Assembly (NCBI GenBank): GCA_043824495.1
Contig: JBDRSV010000008.1
Coordinates: forward strand, 1-42,995
Source: Candidatus Aenigmatarchaeota archaeon
Lineage (GTDB): Archaea > Aenigmatarchaeota > Aenigmatarchaeia > QMZP01
Direction of reading: 5' to 3'
Length of the DNA stretch: 42,995 nucleotides
The translations under genes and the position numbers were made by a program. Position 1 is the first letter of the stretch, and each line of letters begins with the position of its first letter. Positions 37,385 to 42,995 of this stretch are shown here, one piece after another. Under the pieces are notes generated by a model. The model was not told the DNA's origin. It searched no databases and was given only the letters and a program-made list of their open reading frames with translations.

Positions 37385-38194
37385 ATGCTAGCTCCCATAG
37401 AGGATATGACAAGCAATGCTTTTAGGACTCTATGTCACAGATACGGTGCTGACCTGACGTTCACTGAGATGGCTAAGGTGGGAGCGCTCGTGAAGAATAA
37501 CAAAAGCACATGGTCCAGACTAGAGTGTAAAGATGAAACCCCTACAGTCATACAACTTCTTGGTAGTAGAGAACAGTATTTCAGGGAATTTCTTGACATG
37601 TTCGAGCCGTCCAATGATTTTCGCGGCTTCAATATCAATCTAGGATGCCCGAGCCCGGATGTCATAAAATTCGGACAGGGATGCGCCATGATTAGGAAGA
37701 TAAGCAAGACGAGAAGGATAATAAACATATTCAAAGATTATGGTTTTGACGTTTCCATAAAGATGAGATTGGGAATGAATGAGAAGGACAAAGAACATAA
37801 GATTTATCTTAAGATAATAGAGTCTGTTGATGCAGATTTCTTTGTGATTCATGCAAGGCATGGAGCTCAGACCTATGCCAATCCTGCAGATTTCGAGGTT
37901 TACGAAGAATGTACTAATACCGGAAAGATCATCATCGCAAACGGCGACATCAAAACCATGGAGCAGATGAAATACCTTAAAGATATTGGAATAAAAGGGG
38001 TCATGATCGGGAGGGTGGCAGTTCTTGATCCGGCCATATTCAATAGACTGAAGGGCTTGCCAAGTCCACAACCAGAGAAAATCAAGGAAGAGTACCTCAT
38101 ACTATCGGAAAAATTCCAGGAGCCATTGAAATATAAAAATAATATATCAAGACGCATCGGAATGTCCGACATGCCATTATTTGACAACAAATGA
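37385..38194 (+). CDS. tRNA-dihydrouridine synthase family protein
   Basis: LAPIE, FTEM, QLLG, NINLGCP, KMR, IHARH, ANGDI, GVMIGR. Confidence 0.9.
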   Translation: MLAPIEDMTSNAFRTLCHRYGADLTFTEMAKVGALVKNNKSTWSRLECKDETPTVIQLLGSREQYFREFLDMFEPSNDFRGFNINLGCPSPDVIKFGQGCAMIRKISKTRRIINIFKDYGFDVSIKMRLGMNEKDKEHKIYLKIIESVDADFFVIHARHGAQTYANPADFEVYEECTNTGKIIIANGDIKTMEQMKYLKDIGIKGVMIGRVAVLDPAIFNRLKGLPSPQPEKIKEEYLILSEKFQEPLKYKNNISRRIGMSDMPLFDNK

Positions 38195-38228
38195 AGTTTA
38201 ACGTGAAATGTAATTTGTCACGTATTCT

Positions 38229-38567
38229 TTGCAAAGATTGCATGAAAGAATTGTTAGTGAATCAGATAAATATAGAATAGAAGCTGTTCCTATAGGCGTT
38301 CAGCAAGGTTTGATTGATCTTACAGAAGCAGAGTCTGGAAGTATGGTTGAATTTTCATATCCTTTTGCTTTAGCTTCATTCAGATCCCATTTTACAATAG
38401 GAAGAACTTTGGAACCAAATCCATCTGAAGATGAAATTAGAGCATTATTAGAGGATGATGTTTTTGCACTTCATGGATATACACTTTCTCCTGATGAAAT
38501 TATAATGTACAATGCAGGTGTAGATGGTAGTTGTATAGAAATTGTGGAAAGATTACCACTAAAATAA
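38229..38567 (+). CDS. hypothetical protein (TTG start)
   Basis: 112-aa ORF ending directly at an E element. Confidence 0.55.
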   Translation: MQRLHERIVSESDKYRIEAVPIGVQQGLIDLTEAESGSMVEFSYPFALASFRSHFTIGRTLEPNPSEDEIRALLEDDVFALHGYTLSPDEIIMYNAGVDGSCIEIVERLPLK

Positions 38568-38674
38568 TTTAACTCCTAAGATCAAATATAACTAGAATTC
38601 TCCTGTAAGTGGTAATTCAGTTGCCAGAAACTTCTGGGGCTTTTCCAACTTCTATGTGTCACATGTTATCGATT
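38568..38674 (+). repeat. E element, core copy 2 and CCAA...TTATCGATT flank
   Basis: begins immediately after the stop codon at 38567. Confidence 0.9.
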
Positions 38675-38771
38675 TAGACCTGAGTTTGCACGAGGAAGAG
38701 ATAAAATCTAGAATCAGATACTTCTTATATCCCCAAGTTAATATCTAACTACTTAAAATGGAGGTTTTATT

Positions 38772-39032
38772 ATGAAAGTTATAAAGAGAGATGATAAACG
38801 AGAGGACTTCAACAACAATAAAGTTAGAAAGGCTATTGAAGAGGCAGCAAAAAGAACAGACGTCGACAACGACAGAACCAAAGAAATAGTAGACAAGGTT
38901 GCAAAAGATGTTGAAGAGAATTTCAAAGACAAGGATGAAGTGAAAAGCGCCGATATTCGAGAAAGAATTCTAGAAAGACTGAACAAAGAAGAGAAAAAAG
39001 TCGCTAATTCATTCAGAGATTATAAAAAATAG
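38772..39032 (+). CDS. stand-alone ATP-cone domain protein
   Basis: MKVIKRDDKREDFNNNKVRKAI; GGAGG RBS. Confidence 0.85.
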   Translation: MKVIKRDDKREDFNNNKVRKAIEEAAKRTDVDNDRTKEIVDKVAKDVEENFKDKDEVKSADIRERILERLNKEEKKVANSFRDYKK

Positions 39033-39046
39033 TAAGTCAGATTCTT

Positions 39047-39076
39047 AAGGGAGTATTTCTCCTTTCTTTATTTTTT
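39047..39076 (+). terminator. hairpin plus T-tract after the ATP-cone gene
   Basis: AAGGGAG-TATTT-CTCCTTT followed by a T-rich run. Confidence 0.55.
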
Positions 39077-39094
39077 ACATGTAAATTGAGAGAT

Positions 39095-39169
39095 TTTTAA
39101 GTATCAAATTCAATCATATATAGAATTCTCCTAAGTGGCAATTCAGTTTCTAGATACTCCCGGGGTTTT
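39095..39169 (+). repeat. E element and core, copy 3 (diverged)
   Basis: TAGAATTCTCCTAAGTGGCAATTCAGTTTCTAGATACTCCCCGGGGTTT (39121-39169). Confidence 0.85.
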
Positions 39170-39227
39170 ATTGGATTAGTTTCACTTTCAAAAAAACATT
39201 TATAAGTCTGTGCTATAAAATAAAATT

Positions 39228-39332
39228 ATGAAACCATCAAAAAAGGAAAAAAACGTTTCAAATAGTGAATTAACAGAAGAGGAATTTGATCTTTTATTCT
39301 CTGACGATGATGAGAATAAAGATATCGATTAA
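39228..39332 (+). CDS. 34-aa acidic peptide (possible)
   Basis: MKPSKKEKNVSNSELTEEEFDLLFSDDDENKDID; TTTATAA TATA about 28 nt upstream. Confidence 0.4.
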   Translation: MKPSKKEKNVSNSELTEEEFDLLFSDDDENKDID

Positions 39333-39451
39333 TCTTCTGAACAGCAGACATCGAGCACTTCTTTTATTTATTAATAGCTATATAAAACAGATCTTGAGTA
39401 TACTGGGGATCCTGAAGAGTGATGAACAGTTCTCCAATTTAACAGTTAATT

Positions 39452-39904
39452 CTAAATTCCAGCGAAGCCTGCGATTCCACCAACTAAACCGGGTACTATT
39501 GTTATGGTGATGAAATAGAATATAATTGCTATTATTATATTGTGTAGGAAATGGACTTCATGGAAACTTGCTGATAGGAATATGATCCATATGAGTACAG
39601 GGAACAACAATCCAGCGAAAGGTATTCCTGCAATGAATGGGAGTATCAGACCCATCAAGCCAAGGAAATTAATTATATTGATTAATAATACGATGAGGAA
39701 GATTTTAGTTACCTGTACACTTCCTCCAGACCTCTTGCTTAATACAGTATATATAATAAGAAGCAAGATTCCGGCCACGACCGTGGAAAGTATCAAGTTT
39801 ATACCAAGACTTAACCAGTAGTCTGTTCCTCCTGATAATGCAAAATCATTGATAGCCATCAAGTCTGGTATCCAGTCAACCATACTATATAATTGTATAG
39901 ACAC
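39452..39904 (-). CDS. hypothetical membrane protein (about 4 TM)
   Basis: 150-aa hydrophobic ORF co-oriented with the glmS operon. Confidence 0.7.
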   Translation of the reverse strand: MSIQLYSMVDWIPDLMAINDFALSGGTDYWLSLGINLILSTVVAGILLLIIYTVLSKRSGGSVQVTKIFLIVLLINIINFLGLMGLILPFIAGIPFAGLLFPVLIWIIFLSASFHEVHFLHNIIIAIIFYFITITIVPGLVGGIAGFAGI

Positions 39905-39914
39905 GTATAAAAAT

Positions 39915-40589
39915 TTAGCTTAGAAGCTTTCTGGCCTTTTCTAAATCTTCTGGGTAAGCAATAGGTATCCATTTCTTTGCTAGAACACAATGCAGCGCCA
40001 CTTTCTTGGAAAGAGCTAAAACAGCAGAAGTGAGTTCATATTCGTTTCTTTCTGTTTTTTCTATTTTTTCAAGCTCATCGAATATCTTAGTGTCAAGAAC
40101 GTAAACACCCAGATTAGCTAAATCAGAAACAAACTCTTTGGGTTTTTCAACGAAATCTTTTACAATATTATTCTCGGTTACGAAGACTCCGAATCTTGTT
40201 GGATCCTCAACTTTCTGAACAAGAACTGCATAATCATAATCTAAACAAGCTTTGATATCTTCTTTGTCGTATAAATCATCTCCCATCAAAACAAGAAATC
40301 TGTCATTGACAACTGATTTAGTTTGTTGTAAAGCATGACCTGTACCTAGTTGCTCTTTTTGTTCTACGTAAACTAGTTTCATTCCCTTATAATCAGAACC
40401 GAATCTAGCTTTTATGTCATCTCCTTTATAACCAATAACTAGAACAACTTCATCAACTAAGCTTATGAGTTGATCTAAGTTGTGTTCAAGAATTGTTTTC
40501 TCTCCAATTTTTAGTAGAGGCTTAGGAGTATCTAAAGTTAGAGGTCTCATTCTCGTAGCTTTCCCTGCTGCTAATATTACTGCTTGCAT
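39915..40589 (-). CDS. sugar-phosphate nucleotidyltransferase (GlmU N-domain-like, no LbH domain)
   Basis: VILAAGKATRMRPLT..PKPLL, QLGTGHA, GDD, EKP. Confidence 0.9.
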   Translation of the reverse strand: MQAVILAAGKATRMRPLTLDTPKPLLKIGEKTILEHNLDQLISLVDEVVLVIGYKGDDIKARFGSDYKGMKLVYVEQKEQLGTGHALQQTKSVVNDRFLVLMGDDLYDKEDIKACLDYDYAVLVQKVEDPTRFGVFVTENNIVKDFVEKPKEFVSDLANLGVYVLDTKIFDELEKIEKTERNEYELTSAVLALSKKVALHCVLAKKWIPIAYPEDLEKARKLLS

Positions 40590-40657
40590 ATTAATCCAAT
40601 CCCTTTATCATATTCTTTAAACACGATCTTACCTTCTATAAATATTATGTGGCTCAT

Positions 40658-42454
40658 CTACTCTACTGTTACACTCTTACTCAAATTCCTTGGGTGATCA
40701 CAATCCAAGTTTTTCAGATCAGCGATATAATAGGCCAAGAGTTGAAGAGGAACAGAATTAATTATAGGAGTCAATTCCTCAACTGTTTCAGGTACATATA
40801 TTACATGATCACTTAATCTCTTGATTTCTTCATCGCCTTCAGTTGCTATGCATATTATTTTCCCTTTCCTCGCTTTTACTTCTTCCATGTTGTTTAAAAT
40901 CTTTTCATAGCCAGCAGTTTTATTTGCTATGAAAACAACAGGCATGTTATCATCTATCAAAGCTATAGGACCATGTTTCATCTCTGCTGCAGGGTAACCT
41001 TCTGCATGTATGTAAGAAATCTCTTTTAATTTAAGTGCTCCTTCCAAAGCAGCTGGGAAGTTTAATCCACGTCCTAAGTAAAGAAAATTCTTTGCGTCTT
41101 TGAATTCTTTAGCTATTTCAAGAACACGTTCTTTCTTGTTTAAAGTTTTTTGTATTTTTTCTGGTAAAATCTTCAATTCTTTTATTAATTCTTCTGGCAT
41201 TTCTAATCCAAGTTGTTGTCTCAAGTAGAGAGCAAATAGAACTAAGGCTACTACTTGACTCGTGAAAGCTTTGGTGCTTGCAACACCAATCTCAGGTCCT
41301 GCGTGTAAAAACATTCCTGTGTCTGTTTCTCTGGTTATTGTGCTTCCTACAACATTTACTATTCCCATTGTTCTAGCTCCTTTTCTCTTTGCTTCCTTTA
41401 AAGCAGCTAGAGTATCTGCTGTTTCACCTGATTGAGAAATTACAATCAGTAAAGTTTTGTCATTTATCAGAGAATTTCTGTATCTAAGTTCAGAAGCGTA
41501 ATCAACTTCCACTGGAATGTTTACAAATGATTCTAAAAGATATTTACCTATTAGAGCTGCATGCCAGCTTGTACCACAAGCTGTTATTATTATTCTATCT
41601 ATATTGTTTATATCTACTTCTGTGCTTAGTTTTATCTTATCTTTTAGCCTTCCTCTAAGAGTATTTTCTATTGATTTTGGTTGTTCGAATATTTCTTTTA
41701 GCATGAAATGTTTGAAACCTGATTTTTCTATTTGTTCTAAATCCCAGGTAATCTTGTCTATATTCTTCTTGACTTCTTTGTTGTCCAAAGTTTTTGTGTA
41801 ACATCCATCCTTGGTTAACACAGCTATTTCTTTGTCTTCCATGTAAATTACGTCTCTTGTATATTCCACAATAGCTGCTGCATCAGATGCTACAAACATT
41901 TCTCCGTCACCAACACCGAGTACAAGAGGACTTCCTTTTCTAGCTGCAATTATTTTCTCTTCATTCTTGTGTATTGCAACAAGACCGTAAGCACCTTTTA
42001 TTGATGTTAATGTTTTTCTAACAGCGTCTTCTAAATCCCCTTCATAAAATTTTTCTATCATATGTGCTATGATTTCAGAATCAGTGTCTGACTCTATTTT
42101 ATGGCCTTCTTGAATCAGTAATGATTTCAATGAGGAATAATTTTCTATTATTCCATTATGTACTATTGCTATATCTCCATTACAATCTGTGTGTGGATGA
42201 GCATTTAGTTTGCTTGGTTCTCCATGCGTGCTCCATCTTGTGTGGAATATGCCTATATGACCAGGAAGTTCTGAGAACTTAATATCATTTTCTATATCGT
42301 CAATTCTTCCAACATCTTTCTTAACAGAAATAACACCGTTGTTGATAACAGCTGCACCAGCTGAATCATAACCTCTATATTCCAGTCTTTTCAGTCCAAT
42401 TAGTCCTATCTTTGCTGAATCTCTATGACCAATATAACCAATAATCCCGCACAT
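40658..42454 (-). CDS. glmS: glutamine--fructose-6-phosphate transaminase
   Basis: MCGIIG, LEYRGYDSAG, HTRW, SQSGETAD, ASTKAF, RNLSKSVTVE. Confidence 0.97.
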   Translation of the reverse strand: MCGIIGYIGHRDSAKIGLIGLKRLEYRGYDSAGAAVINNGVISVKKDVGRIDDIENDIKFSELPGHIGIFHTRWSTHGEPSKLNAHPHTDCNGDIAIVHNGIIENYSSLKSLLIQEGHKIESDTDSEIIAHMIEKFYEGDLEDAVRKTLTSIKGAYGLVAIHKNEEKIIAARKGSPLVLGVGDGEMFVASDAAAIVEYTRDVIYMEDKEIAVLTKDGCYTKTLDNKEVKKNIDKITWDLEQIEKSGFKHFMLKEIFEQPKSIENTLRGRLKDKIKLSTEVDINNIDRIIITACGTSWHAALIGKYLLESFVNIPVEVDYASELRYRNSLINDKTLLIVISQSGETADTLAALKEAKRKGARTMGIVNVVGSTITRETDTGMFLHAGPEIGVASTKAFTSQVVALVLFALYLRQQLGLEMPEELIKELKILPEKIQKTLNKKERVLEIAKEFKDAKNFLYLGRGLNFPAALEGALKLKEISYIHAEGYPAAEMKHGPIALIDDNMPVVFIANKTAGYEKILNNMEEVKARKGKIICIATEGDEEIKRLSDHVIYVPETVEELTPIINSVPLQLLAYYIADLKNLDCDHPRNLSKSVTVE

Positions 42455-42830
42455 TAATACACAATTCGAACCTAAGCTTAAATTCTTAATCCAGATTATT
42501 TCCCAATTATTGGCTACTTATTACTCATTTTGACCAAAATGAACTAAAATTGTCCCCATGAACAAAAACGTATTAGAAGTGTTTATTCATATTAAAAAGA
42601 TCTAATAGAGCTTCTGGAACAATTAATAGGCTTATTATGTATTATTTAACACTTAAATTGGGTATAAATGGGGTAAAATGTGGGTTTTGAAACTGTTTCA
42701 GCCTCTTTATATATACCCGTTTAACGCAATTAGTATTAACATTCATGATTTTACGCACGGTTTGCGCTGTTCACACGGGGTACAATGGGCGTAGATGAAT
42801 GAATTACAAATTTAACTAGGAGGAAAGAAT

Positions 42831-42995
42831 ATGCAGATTAAAAGATTTTTGGCAGGAAGCCTAGCTGCTGTCATGGTAGGAGCTGCACTAACGGTCGGTG
42901 GACTAGCTACTTTAGGAGACTATGTAGCAACATCTGACGGTACATTGACATCACCTATGATTGTCGTAGGAGATAGTGTACCAGGATCCGACGTG
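42831..42995 (+). CDS. S-layer protein, N-terminal part (truncated by the window end)
   Basis: GGAGG RBS, signal peptide MQIKRFLAGSLAAVMVGAAL, IVVG...DV motif. Confidence 0.7.
   Translation, partial: MQIKRFLAGSLAAVMVGAALTVGGLATLGDYVATSDGTLTSPMIVVGDSVPGSDV

Larger units (their letters stand above)
29621..39169 (+). mobile_element. repeat-delimited gene-cassette array (no recombinase in window)
   Basis: accessory modules separated by about 10 YTCYCGRGGYTT cores and flank families H/B, D and E. Confidence 0.7.

Noticed and set aside
29621-39169. CRISPR array
   Set aside because: Repeats are irregularly spaced, separated by whole genes and fall into several families; no cas genes.

Overview
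AT-rich archaeal chromosomal segment. RFC small subunit, CarS, AK6/Fap7, BHB-type tRNA introns and an S-layer gene start support Archaea; a DPANN-like lineage such as Aenigmarchaeota is an inference. Positions 1-29.6 kb and 39.4-43 kb are mostly housekeeping: nucleotide kinases, rfcS, htpX, lipA plus pdhABC plus a lipoate-ligase set with no E3 gene, glnA, dut/thyX, five tRNAs (three with introns), glmS and an S-layer gene start. The main find is an accessory array of about 9.6 kb (29.6-39.2 kb). It holds one- or two-gene modules: a toxin-antitoxin pair whose toxin has an internal TAG, a membrane protein, a nitrilase, YkgJ, two AAA-DUF4143 ATPases, ACR3, a lipoprotein, Dus and a stand-alone ATP-cone. 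The modules are separated by about 10 copies of a short core (consensus YTCYCGRGGYTT) that resembles a tRNA 3' end. The cores carry three families of left flank and two of right flank, in shuffled combinations. The array begins at a candidate box C/D sRNA whose D-guide is complementary to the 16S C1402 region, and the 3' half of that sRNA is reiterated in the array. No integrase, cas gene or canonical attC is in the window. A second candidate guide RNA lies inside a 98-nt tRNA-Ser(UGA) intron. All calls are by eye, without database searches.
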